Below, in pieces: positions 54,729 through 64,000 of a stretch of 64,000 bases of DNA. Position 1 is the stretch's first letter, and each line of letters starts with the position of its first letter. The stretch comes from an uncultured Clostridia bacterium. GTDB taxonomy: Bacteria > Bacillota > Clostridia > Christensenellales > Borkfalkiaceae. The stretch covers positions 3,870 to 67,869 of the forward strand of contig CANRPN010000001.1 in the NCBI GenBank assembly GCA_947632505.1. Reading direction: 5' to 3'. A program made the position numbers and the translations under genes. The notes beneath the pieces were generated by a model, which was not told the origin of the DNA, did not search any database, and saw only the letters and a list, made by a program, of their open reading frames with translations.

Positions 54729-57700
54729 ATGAAAAATACCGAGCGAAAGGGGTGGAAAACTTTTTTTGCAGAAATGGGCAGAGGAAGGAAAACAGCGGTC
54801 ATAGGGCTGTCGGCAATTCTTGTGGCGGCGCTTGCAACGGGCGTTGCACTGCCTTTTGTAAACAGAGCAGCCAACATGCGGGAGCTTACAGCGCAAGCGG
54901 CAAGTTACAGCACCGTGCTCAATTCAAACATCGGTCTGCACCCGAAGCTGAAATTGAATGCCGATTCCGGTGTTTATGTTGAAATCAAGAATCAAGATAT
55001 TGCAACGGCAGCCGAGGAAATTGTCTATGAACAAGCCAATGCCTATGTTCTTCCCGAGCAATATGCCGGGAATAACTATCAGTTTACGAATGTACCGCAG
55101 ACTGGTACTTTTAAGGAACTCGGCTATTCGGATGACTCTGTGGAAGAAATTTTTAACCGAATTGTAGAAAAATACAAGCTGGTCGTCGGGCAGCCCGTGG
55201 TCTTCTATGCAGACGATGAATTTGACATTGCCGAAACTTGGGCAGACGCGGTGGTCTTTTCTCTCATTACAGGCGTGGGCCGAGAAACGGGTATCTCGGG
55301 AGGGAAAACGTTTTACGGCAATTTCTTTGCGGATCCTTCTCAAAATAGTGCCGCTGGGCAATATGTTACCGTGCGGCTCGAATATGATTGGACGGCGCAG
55401 GACATTACAGGAGACCTTATGGGCACCGGGAATATTACTTCCACGACCTTCCACTACGCAAGCGTTGCTTCCGGGCGTACATTGGAAGGTTTCCAAGGTG
55501 TCACAGAAGCAAATCACAAGAGTTATGCCGTCGCCTACGACCGCCCCATGTGCGCCATCGCGGCGAGCGGAACCGACTATATGCAGGCGTTCTCCTTCGG
55601 ACGGATCAATGTGCCTGCCGGCTGCTATATCGTGCTCGATCTGAATGGGCACACCGTAGACCGCGGGCTCTCCGTGGAGACGGGCGAGTTCGGCTATACT
55701 TCTGAGTCGTTCAACGATTTGAATGATAACCAGCCGAGCGACAGCGGCATTCACGACAGCTTGAAGATCAAGGATCAGACGTACTCCAACGCGGCGCTGA
55801 ATTATGGCTCGGTGTTCAATGTGGAGAGCAATGCCCGCCTTGAAATTTATGACAGCACAGCATACGAAAACGCCTCCTACAACCGCATTACGGGCGTAAC
55901 CGACGGTAAGACCGCGCTTGAAAAAAATGTCCAAAGTCTTGCGACCAACCATGCGGGCACCATCAAGGGTACTTGGACGGAGAATATCGACGCTGGAAAG
56001 TATGCAGTCTCATCCTCCGGGCAGTATGACACGTTCCGAGGCGGAGCCGTCCATCAGGCGCAGCGCTCGGAGGTCACCCTTCACAGCGGCACCATCCGCG
56101 GCAACGGCGGCTATACCACCGGCGGCGCAATCATGATCTCGGGCGTTGCCGTGTTCACCATGTTCGATGGCTATTTGCTCAACAATTACGCGGGACATCC
56201 CGCAAGCGGCAATGGCGGTGCGGGCGGCGCGGTTTATGCGGGCAACGGCTCTCTCGCTACGTTCACCATGCAAGACGGCGTCATCGCCTACAACACAGGG
56301 AAGACCAATCAAACCTATCTTGGTGATCAGGCGTTCGGCGGTGGCGGCGTGCAGATCGGTTGGGGAGACTATTTCATTCTGCACGGCGGCGAAATTTCGG
56401 GCAACATCGCCCCCCGCGGCGGCGGCATCAATATCGTCTATTCGGCAAGATGTATCATCGACGGCGTCACTTTGACCGACAACATTGCGGCGAGCAAATA
56501 TACGGGACACAATGAGCCTAAGGGCGGCGGTATCTTTATGCCCGCTCGTCTTGCTGCCGGACACGGAAGAGCGACAGGCGCGAGCACTGCCGAGGGTTAC
56601 ATGCAGAGCGGAAATTTAGTGGGGCGTGTAAAAATTGCAGGCGCTTTACAGGTTTACGAAAATAAAGCATTGCATAGCGGTGCTTCTATTGAAAATAATA
56701 TTCATTTGGAAAATTCCAAGCAGCAGCCGAGCAATTCGTTGAATAGTGATACTACGCACTGGCCAAGTTGGAATCCAACCAATAGTGGGGGGGTTTATGC
56801 TTATCTTGAAATCGTAGGCTCGTTGGTCTCCAACGGGATCACTGCGCATATCGGCCTTACTCTGGACGGCACGTCCGACTGGGCGGGCAGAGGTCGTTTC
56901 ACCGAAGGATATTCGTTGCATAGCCATAATCTTTCGCCCGATAAATTCTTCTTCGTAGACGGAACTACGACCGACGTCTTGCAAACGCTTACAAGCAACG
57001 AGGCGCAAATCGGCGCTGTGCAAACCACTCCCACTCAGCTCACTTGGGTGGTGAGCGGCTTTGGCACTGCGCTCGTGCACGCGGTGTCCTCGGTAGATAG
57101 TGAAACTTCGGGCGGTTATCCTTATATCCCGGTTAAAGGACAAGAGCAGAAAGAGGGCGATCCCACCGGCGATTATTACTATCAATATGCCGCAAGCGAG
57201 ACGGGCGGCACCGGCGTAGACGGAAAGGAACACAAGGCAATCAAAGACGATATTTCCGGTAAATATATCATCGACCAAAACAACGACGGTATCATCAACG
57301 ATCTCGATAGGCTGCTCTACGGCTATGTGGCGACGGATATTCCCATTACAATATGTTGCTATGATAACGGCACTATAACCTACGGCACGGATGGCGTGCT
57401 CGGTACAGGAAAATCAAAGGTCACGGGGCATAACTTTGACGTCAAGTATGAGTTGCTCTATGCTTCGCAGTCCGGGATCCAGTATTCCTATTCGGGGCTC
57501 TCTTTCGAATACACAATGCTCAAAGTGAACTCCGTTTCGGCATATAGCGGGAAGTACATAACGACCCCTGCCGCCAGCGTCAGTCCCTTAATTTCTTGGA
57601 AAATCGGTGAGGGCGGTAAGGTCACCTCTACGGGAACTTTCGTTACGAGCTTTAAGCTCCTCGAAGGCACCTCTCACGAAACCGATTGGTCGGAAAACAA

Positions 57701-60700
57701 GACTGAGACAAATACGATCCTCGGCGCAACGGAAGATACCATTTCCTATGCGGGCGACTACGGTTTTGTTATGGGTGGGAACACGATGTACGCTAACGCC
57801 ACCTTTAATATCACTATCAACCGTATCGGGATCGACGCGTCAAGCCGGAAATATTTCAACGGAACGAGCGTGACTGAACTCGGTTGGATCGGTGAGGTGA
57901 ATTACGGCACGGAAGACAGTCCCGACAAAGTGGCAAACGAGGAATATTTCCATTATGCGGGCAAAGATTTCGAGCCCAAGCTCGAAACGGAATACGCAGA
58001 AATGGACGCTGCTACAAAGAACGCCTTTTCGGGTTATGTGCTTGTATTCAAATATGCAAACGTAGAATATTTTGGTGATACATATTTCCAATTTGACGCA
58101 AGAGGCGGTACTTACAATACCACGCACAGAGAACCCGGTCAAAGCACCGATCAGGGCGTTCCCGTGAGCGCCGTTCGTAACGCCGGTTATTACAGCATTC
58201 AGTTCACACCCGGTACGGATGCAGGCGACAATGCGGCAGGAGTAAACTTTGCTTCCAACAACTTTGCATTTTCTTCCAGATTGCGCGTGTATGTCCGTGA
58301 GGCGGACGTGCAGGTCACGCTAACCGAGAATGCAAAAGAACGCACCGATAAAACAGGTTATTCGAACCTCGAATACACATCTACCCCTTATACCAACGAG
58401 GCAATCATCGGCTTTAACAACAATAGCCGTTCGGAGATCATCCCTCACAGCGACGGCACGGCAAATATCTTCTTCTTCACCTATGCCGACTTTGAATCTG
58501 CCGTTAAAAATAGTTCTTCCAGTGAAGAACTTATGAAGCATAGCACGCAGGTTATCCATGCGGGACGTTATGTCGTGCTCGTGGAGCAGACAAAAGTCGA
58601 AGGGTACGACCAATATAATTATACCTTTACGCAGGATTCAAACGGCGCTTTGACGGGAGCAAGTAAGGAATTTGACGGCCATTCCGTCGACGACTATATA
58701 AAAACACTTGATGGCGTTGATTTTGCCTTTGAGTTTTATGTCAATCCCATTGATCTCGGTGAAAATCCGTTCGACGAAGATGGAAACCAAACGAACACAA
58801 ACTTTAAGGGCCAGATGAATACGAGCTCGCTTTCCCGTATATACACAGGGGCTCCCGTGGCAGATACTTTCGAAATCAGCTATACTAACGCCAGCGGAGT
58901 TCCTTTGGTCCCCAATAAATATGACCCGGAAGCAAAAACGGGCGACTATGTGGTGTACTTTACCAATAAGGTCGACGATACGACTAAGGGCGACAGCGGT
59001 CTCACCTACTATGCCGTAAGCGCGAAACATCCTGCCCCTACCGATGCGGGCACTTATTTCGTTGCAATTTATTTCGGCGATTATAAGCCAGACGACGGCA
59101 CTCCCACCCAATATGGCACAGCGAAAAAATTTACCTCGCAAGACGAGTTGCAAGACTTTATCGGCGCATGGTACGGCAAATTTACCATTTCGCCCGTTCA
59201 GGTTACCGTGACCGCGACGATCGAAATGACCTATAACGGCGAGCTGAGCGCCGAGGGCGAAGTAAGAACACAGGACACAGAGTATCAAGACAAAAGCTAT
59301 AGTACGCACACCTACTTCGAGCCGTTGGTCCTTCTTCGTACCAACAACACTGTGTCCGCCAAGAAGGAAATATTCGGCATTTACACCACCTCCTCCACCA
59401 CGACAAATTTCTCTTACAACGATGAGAAGTTCATAGATAAAGGGGTGAAGGTGGGCATCAGCGTGTATTATTACCGCCTCGACAATGCGAACATCGGAAA
59501 TCATACCCTGAGTACCATTTCGGCATTCACAAAGCCCACCTTGGCCGCAACGGCAAACCCCGAGAGCGGTTATTCGACGAGCTGGAAGGTAACGGCTGCG
59601 GACGGCGGCAATGTCTCTGCGGATACGCAAGGGGTAATTTGGCACATTTCATACACCGGTGGTGGCGCAACAGGCCAACCTGCGGGTCTCAACAGCGACT
59701 TTAACGGGAACTTTGTCGTCACTAATAGCTCTACCTTGAACGTAAACATTCAGGCGAAGAGCATTACACCTTATGAAGGTACAAAGGCAGATACTGCTGA
59801 TGAGAACAACTATTATTATACCGATACCGAGACGACCAAGAAGACCCCTTGGCAGGACTTCGGATATACAGCAAACGGCAAGAACAGTCTTTCAACTGGG
59901 TTAACAGTAGGCGGCAACAATAGCACAGCCTATAAGTTGCTCCGCAAGGAGGGCGAAGTCCGCATTTCGATCAAAGAGACTAACTACTATATTATAAAGA
60001 ATGAAGGCGGCAGTTATAAGCTCTTGAAGGAGGACGGCTCGGATGTTACGACGGTCGATTTGGACCTTATCTACAACGGCCAAGAGCAGACCTTCGACAA
60101 CGACATCAATCTGACCTATGAGACGATTGCCTGCGTTTACCGCAACAGACATGACACGGGAAGCACGATCAATGCATGGGACTATACTTTCGGCAAAACG
60201 CTAACCTTGAACGACCCCGCAACAAAACCCACAACCCCAGACTATTCTGTCGCTTACACGAATAACGTCAACGCGGGCAAAGCCGCCACACTTACGATCA
60301 CAGGCACGGGCAACTACACGGGCTCCATTACAATTACATTCGAAATCGACCCTGCAAAGGTCTATCTCGACGAAAAATCAAGCAAGGAATATAATTATAC
60401 CGGCAGCGATCAGCGTTCTGCAATGCAGGAAGACTTGTTCGCATCGCTCGTACATAACTATGACGAAAAGAACACTGCAGTGCCCACCGCGAGCGAATGC
60501 ACGGTCACGTTCGATTATGTTGTAGGGGAAAACACCAAAACAAATACCGAGGCGATCAACGCAGGCGAATACACGGCAAATGTTACCTTAACGAGCAATA
60601 ACTTTGTGTTTGTCGAAGGCAAGGACAGCGACAAGTTGGTTGAGACGGACGGAAAGAAGGATACTGCCCAATTTACCATTTCTCCCGCGCAAGTCGAAGT

Positions 60701-63700
60701 ATCCAAGCTGAGCATTACTTCCGTTCAGTACGACGGCAAAGATTACGCCGGCCGTGTTACGCCGACTTTTACGTCCCTTACCTCCGGTACGGAAGCAACG
60801 CCCGTCGGTTACGACCAAGGCAACGGCTACACCTATCTCTTTGAAAAGGGTGGGAGCAAGGCGTCTGAGGTAAAAGACGTCGGGACGTACATTGTTACCG
60901 TAGTGCTTAAACCTCTGACAGTTACCTTTGACAATGGGAAGACGGCAGACGTCTACAACTTCAAATTCTATAATGGCCAAGATAAGGATGCGACGACTGA
61001 AACGAATTTGAACACTCTCGGTGAGCAGATCATCTTTGAGATCACGCCTGCCATTGTTACGGCGTTGGTCACGATTCTCACGGGCCTTTGGTACGATCCG
61101 TTTGTCGACCGCTTTAAGTTCCGCGTGGAAGTAAATTCGAGCCTCAATAACGGTATCGCGCTCGACAGAGACGAATACTTCGTCATGTTCAACGAAAAAA
61201 GCTCGCCCGATGTACACTATCAGGATGAGCCCGATGATAGCGGAGAAAAGGATTACTACTATCTTGATACCAGCCGTGGCGCGTTCCCGCATATCGGCAA
61301 ACACAAGATCCGCATTGCCTTGAAAGATGACAGCAACTATGCGTTTGTGGATGCGGCGGATACGAAGTCCGAAACGACACGGCAATATGATTATCCTTTC
61401 GCGATCGAAAAGGATAACCGCCATACCGTGGAATATGTGAGCGGCTTCGAAAACGATGAGGATGTAGTGATCACGGGCGGTAATTTCTCCTCCGTTACCA
61501 ACTATTCCTATGGCGACGCGTTGGCGCTCGAAACCGAGTACAGTATGATCGATAAGGACGGTACGCATTACATCCTGATCGGCTGGACGCTGAATGCGCC
61601 GGAGGGGGGCTACTACAAGCTCGGCCTGAACAATCATACGACGATCAGCAACCTCACTTCCGCGTTTTGGGTAAAAGGGGTCAACGGCGCAAACGATGTC
61701 CCGTATTACTACTTCGGCCGTCGCTTCGAATACGATAATACGAATAATCAGCTCACATGGCCGGATAAAGACGATTGGGAGACGTACGGCGACATCTATT
61801 GGGATTTCGATGAGCACCGCGATCAGCTCATGCAGAACGAGCAAGATTGGAGCGCAACGGCCACCTTCTACGCAATTTGGGCGATCGACAAAGACAACAG
61901 CGAAATCCCCGACTGGATCGAAGAGTTTACGTTGAAGTACGACGCAGGCGTAGATCTTGAAAATGATTTTGCATACGAAGGGCAACCACTTCCCGTTGGC
62001 CCGAACCGTGCTCCCAACGGAGTAGCGAATTATAAGTACTACGCAGGGGAAACGGCAGAGCTCGAACAGCGTACCCTTTCGGACGGAACTTTTTATTGGA
62101 TCACCCGCAAAGAAGCTATTCAGGGCGTGGCGTTGGATTCTGTGGAATCAGTTTACAACACCTATGTGCTCTACGGCTGGACGGTGACAAGGCCACAAGG
62201 CGATTATGCGGAAGGTTACTTTATCGACAGCGCTGAAATGCTTGCCAAGCTCTATACCGACCTCAACTATCTTGATAAAAAGTATATGGTGAGGTCGGCA
62301 GACGACATGAACGACGGCGTTATAAACGGCACGATCACTTTGTACGCAATTTGGGCGCAGGACAACAATAAGAACGGCGACCCTGAGCTGAATACTACGT
62401 ACTATACCGTATCTTATAGAGATGATACGCCCGGCTCAACCATGCCCGAAGCAAAAGCAGGCCTTCACGGCACCCGTGTGGCGCAAGACAAAATGCCTGT
62501 TCCCACCACAGGGTTAACGGATGAGAACGGCGACAATGTCTTTAAGATGTTCGACGGCCGCAGGTATGTATTCAAGGGGTGGACGCTTCTTTCTGATAAG
62601 GTAGGTTCCGAGGGCAACTCCTATGTCTGCGAAAAAAAGACCGCTCTTGAAGCCTTTGGAACGCTTTACATCGGACAAACAATTTACCAGATCGACGCCG
62701 AGGACGATAAGAAGTATTCCGAAGACGGTAGCGAGGATGGCACGATCATTCTCCACGCCGTTTGGGCGCTCGATGAAAACGGCAGCGGCACGCCCGACTG
62801 GGACGAATCGCCCTACACCCTCACCTATCAAAACAGTGTGGGAGGAACGGTCACAGTTGATACGAGCTATCGTTATGCGATGCAAAATTTCAGCGGCAAT
62901 TCCGGCAGTACGTGGAATGTGAGATTCTCGTCGTTTGCAAATGGCTCCGTGACCGACCATGTGCTCGGCGGCAAGACCATTCAACTGCCCGGCGGAACTT
63001 CGGGTGCTGCCGGAAATTACCCCGTCAAGCTCACGCGGGACGGAAAAACCTACCTCCTGATCGGTTGGACGTCGGTCGCCGGAACAACCACGCAGGACTA
63101 CTATATTTTCCAATACAGCGAGGATTACAAGAATCCCGCACTCTATTATGGGGCCGATAAGTACTATTCGGTAGGCGGTAACTACACCACGCCGAAAGAA
63201 AACGCGTCTTTGTATGCAGTGTGGGCCGCGGACGAAAACAACAACGGCATTCCCGACTATTTGCAGGACTTCACCGTCGTCTTCAAGCTCGACGAGACCA
63301 CTGCCGCCGCCGCCAACGCCAACGGCAACAGACTTACGGTCAGCCCGCCCTGGGCGGATGTGGAGTATAGCAACCAGCGGATCGGCGCATCCGTTGCGGT
63401 TCGTGCGAACACTTATACCATTACCACTACCCAGGGAGGGAAAGAGACGAAGTATGTCCTCGTCGGCTTTACCAATGCAAAGCCGCAGGGTGGAAATAGC
63501 ATCTACTTTACGAGCACCGACCCCACGTCAGTAGAAAATAAAGCAAAATATAAGACCTTTGTCACGGCGGCGACAGGCTACACCGTCAAGGCCGCCGACG
63601 ACATTACCGAAGGTGAAACCAGCGGTGACTGCACGATTGAATTCTTCGCCGTTTGGGGCATCGATGTAAATGGGGACGGCGATCCCGATTGGAACAATAC

Positions 63701-64000
63701 AACTTATGAAGTTTTCTTCGAGCTCGGCGATGAGAACGAACTCCAAAACGCAAAGGACATAAAGACGCATCTTCCCACAGCGGTTTACGATAAAAAGAAA
63801 CCGGAAACGGGTTGGGCGGACAACGACGTTGTGGAGCAGGTCGCTATCGGCGATACGATCTATTGGGAAAATGCCGCGCAGCTTTGGAGCAGAGATGTAG
63901 AAAACTTCGGTGTGACGGGCGCGGACGGCAAGCATTATATGCTAATCGGCTGGACGACTTCCACTGACCTTACGACCTACCTTTTCAACACCGCGCCGAG
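54729..64000 (+). CDS. Giant cell-surface protein, 5' portion (>3,090 codons, open at the window end): signal-anchor, PMP-like GGA(I/V) beta-helix, MBG-type repeats, then tandem Flg_new-like modules
   Basis: SD GGAGGA at 54718-54723, ATG at 54729, upstream in-frame TAG at 54705-54707. I read every codon of this frame to base 64000 and found no stop. The ORF is absent from the track because it has no stop in the window. Motifs: GGAVHQA/GGAIMIS/GGAVYAG; YNGQEQTF and NAGKAATLTITGTGNYTGSITITFEI; repeated LIGWT...YA(I/V)WA.D.N..G.PDW. Confidence 0.9.
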   Translation, partial: MKNTERKGWKTFFAEMGRGRKTAVIGLSAILVAALATGVALPFVNRAANMRELTAQAASYSTVLNSNIGLHPKLKLNADSGVYVEIKNQDIATAAEEIVYEQANAYVLPEQYAGNNYQFTNVPQTGTFKELGYSDDSVEEIFNRIVEKYKLVVGQPVVFYADDEFDIAETWADAVVFSLITGVGRETGISGGKTFYGNFFADPSQNSAAGQYVTVRLEYDWTAQDITGDLMGTGNITSTTFHYASVASGRTLEGFQGVTEANHKSYAVAYDRPMCAIAASGTDYMQAFSFGRINVPAGCYIVLDLNGHTVDRGLSVETGEFGYTSESFNDLNDNQPSDSGIHDSLKIKDQTYSNAALNYGSVFNVESNARLEIYDSTAYENASYNRITGVTDGKTALEKNVQSLATNHAGTIKGTWTENIDAGKYAVSSSGQYDTFRGGAVHQAQRSEVTLHSGTIRGNGGYTTGGAIMISGVAVFTMFDGYLLNNYAGHPASGNGGAGGAVYAGNGSLATFTMQDGVIAYNTGKTNQTYLGDQAFGGGGVQIGWGDYFILHGGEISGNIAPRGGGINIVYSARCIIDGVTLTDNIAASKYTGHNEPKGGGIFMPARLAAGHGRATGASTAEGYMQSGNLVGRVKIAGALQVYENKALHSGASIENNIHLENSKQQPSNSLNSDTTHWPSWNPTNSGGVYAYLEIVGSLVSNGITAHIGLTLDGTSDWAGRGRFTEGYSLHSHNLSPDKFFFVDGTTTDVLQTLTSNEAQIGAVQTTPTQLTWVVSGFGTALVHAVSSVDSETSGGYPYIPVKGQEQKEGDPTGDYYYQYAASETGGTGVDGKEHKAIKDDISGKYIIDQNNDGIINDLDRLLYGYVATDIPITICCYDNGTITYGTDGVLGTGKSKVTGHNFDVKYELLYASQSGIQYSYSGLSFEYTMLKVNSVSAYSGKYITTPAASVSPLISWKIGEGGKVTSTGTFVTSFKLLEGTSHETDWSENKTETNTILGATEDTISYAGDYGFVMGGNTMYANATFNITINRIGIDASSRKYFNGTSVTELGWIGEVNYGTEDSPDKVANEEYFHYAGKDFEPKLETEYAEMDAATKNAFSGYVLVFKYANVEYFGDTYFQFDARGGTYNTTHREPGQSTDQGVPVSAVRNAGYYSIQFTPGTDAGDNAAGVNFASNNFAFSSRLRVYVREADVQVTLTENAKERTDKTGYSNLEYTSTPYTNEAIIGFNNNSRSEIIPHSDGTANIFFFTYADFESAVKNSSSSEELMKHSTQVIHAGRYVVLVEQTKVEGYDQYNYTFTQDSNGALTGASKEFDGHSVDDYIKTLDGVDFAFEFYVNPIDLGENPFDEDGNQTNTNFKGQMNTSSLSRIYTGAPVADTFEISYTNASGVPLVPNKYDPEAKTGDYVVYFTNKVDDTTKGDSGLTYYAVSAKHPAPTDAGTYFVAIYFGDYKPDDGTPTQYGTAKKFTSQDELQDFIGAWYGKFTISPVQVTVTATIEMTYNGELSAEGEVRTQDTEYQDKSYSTHTYFEPLVLLRTNNTVSAKKEIFGIYTTSSTTTNFSYNDEKFIDKGVKVGISVYYYRLDNANIGNHTLSTISAFTKPTLAATANPESGYSTSWKVTAADGGNVSADTQGVIWHISYTGGGATGQPAGLNSDFNGNFVVTNSSTLNVNIQAKSITPYEGTKADTADENNYYYTDTETTKKTPWQDFGYTANGKNSLSTGLTVGGNNSTAYKLLRKEGEVRISIKETNYYIIKNEGGSYKLLKEDGSDVTTVDLDLIYNGQEQTFDNDINLTYETIACVYRNRHDTGSTINAWDYTFGKTLTLNDPATKPTTPDYSVAYTNNVNAGKAATLTITGTGNYTGSITITFEIDPAKVYLDEKSSKEYNYTGSDQRSAMQEDLFASLVHNYDEKNTAVPTASECTVTFDYVVGENTKTNTEAINAGEYTANVTLTSNNFVFVEGKDSDKLVETDGKKDTAQFTISPAQVEVSKLSITSVQYDGKDYAGRVTPTFTSLTSGTEATPVGYDQGNGYTYLFEKGGSKASEVKDVGTYIVTVVLKPLTVTFDNGKTADVYNFKFYNGQDKDATTETNLNTLGEQIIFEITPAIVTALVTILTGLWYDPFVDRFKFRVEVNSSLNNGIALDRDEYFVMFNEKSSPDVHYQDEPDDSGEKDYYYLDTSRGAFPHIGKHKIRIALKDDSNYAFVDAADTKSETTRQYDYPFAIEKDNRHTVEYVSGFENDEDVVITGGNFSSVTNYSYGDALALETEYSMIDKDGTHYILIGWTLNAPEGGYYKLGLNNHTTISNLTSAFWVKGVNGANDVPYYYFGRRFEYDNTNNQLTWPDKDDWETYGDIYWDFDEHRDQLMQNEQDWSATATFYAIWAIDKDNSEIPDWIEEFTLKYDAGVDLENDFAYEGQPLPVGPNRAPNGVANYKYYAGETAELEQRTLSDGTFYWITRKEAIQGVALDSVESVYNTYVLYGWTVTRPQGDYAEGYFIDSAEMLAKLYTDLNYLDKKYMVRSADDMNDGVINGTITLYAIWAQDNNKNGDPELNTTYYTVSYRDDTPGSTMPEAKAGLHGTRVAQDKMPVPTTGLTDENGDNVFKMFDGRRYVFKGWTLLSDKVGSEGNSYVCEKKTALEAFGTLYIGQTIYQIDAEDDKKYSEDGSEDGTIILHAVWALDENGSGTPDWDESPYTLTYQNSVGGTVTVDTSYRYAMQNFSGNSGSTWNVRFSSFANGSVTDHVLGGKTIQLPGGTSGAAGNYPVKLTRDGKTYLLIGWTSVAGTTTQDYYIFQYSEDYKNPALYYGADKYYSVGGNYTTPKENASLYAVWAADENNNGIPDYLQDFTVVFKLDETTAAAANANGNRLTVSPPWADVEYSNQRIGASVAVRANTYTITTTQGGKETKYVLVGFTNAKPQGGNSIYFTSTDPTSVENKAKYKTFVTAATGYTVKAADDITEGETSGDCTIEFFAVWGIDVNGDGDPDWNNTTYEVFFELGDENELQNAKDIKTHLPTAVYDKKKPETGWADNDVVEQVAIGDTIYWENAAQLWSRDVENFGVTGADGKHYMLIGWTTSTDLTTYLFNTAP

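Noticed and set aside
54557-54982. 141-aa + strand ORF in the track
   Set aside because: It spans the 5' leader and then overlaps the start of the giant ORF out of frame. It is Arg/Ala-rich and has no SD.
54924-63935. Minus-strand ORFs of 135-465 aa (54924-55952, 56010-56564, 56646-57278, 58638-59645, 60588-61985, 62514-63113, 63528-63935)
   Set aside because: They tile the antisense strand of the single uninterrupted + frame starting at 54729. None has a credible start context or domain signature.
1-64000. Mobile elements, prophage, defence systems, tRNA/rRNA
   Set aside because: No transposase, integrase, recombinase, phage structural, restriction-modification, Cas or toxin-antitoxin signatures were recognised in any frame. 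No cloverleaf or rRNA-like sequence was seen in the intergenic regions. Only short non-autonomous repeats are present.

Overview
This 64-kb window looks like chromosomal DNA from a high-G+C Bacillota (Clostridia-like) organism. A spoIIAA-like/sigma module and CotF-like genes suggest it forms endospores. All calls rest on reading the sequence and ORF translations and on remembered family motifs; no searches were run.

The core is housekeeping: rseP, a TPP riboswitch with thiT, a yfbR-like gene, rqcH, tig-clpP-clpX, an msmX-type ATPase, a STAS/anti-sigma/sigma operon, a PucR regulator with an S41 peptidase, a NifS-like desulfurase, nth, ychF, argS, rubrerythrin, mcsA-mcsB-clpC, ung, luxS and mtnN.

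Between these lie several very large surface-protein genes of lower G+C:
- 9167-12016: a lipoprotein with Flg_new repeats and five copies of an unknown module.
- 43005-52301: a translationally coupled cassette of an MBG-repeat lipoprotein, an ABC ATPase, a permease and a Big_2/beta-helix protein.
- 54729 to the window end: one uninterrupted reading frame of more than 3,090 codons. The supplied ORF track does not list it because it has no stop inside the window. I checked it codon by codon.

Other points worth a second look:
- an atypical partner-switching operon with two truncated anti-sigma-like proteins around the sigma gene
- a clpC operon with a DUF1653 gene where ctsR normally sits
- a REP-like element with a perfect 36-bp in-frame duplication inside rseP
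- three families of short dispersed repeats
- a perfect 29-bp tandem duplication that copies the SD and ATG of mtnN and creates a coupled 10-codon uORF
- a frameshifted XRE gene
- two probable leaderless mRNAs
- a pair of 12-bp palindromes upstream of the giant gene

I saw no rRNA, tRNA, CRISPR array, transposase, integrase or recognisable defence system.
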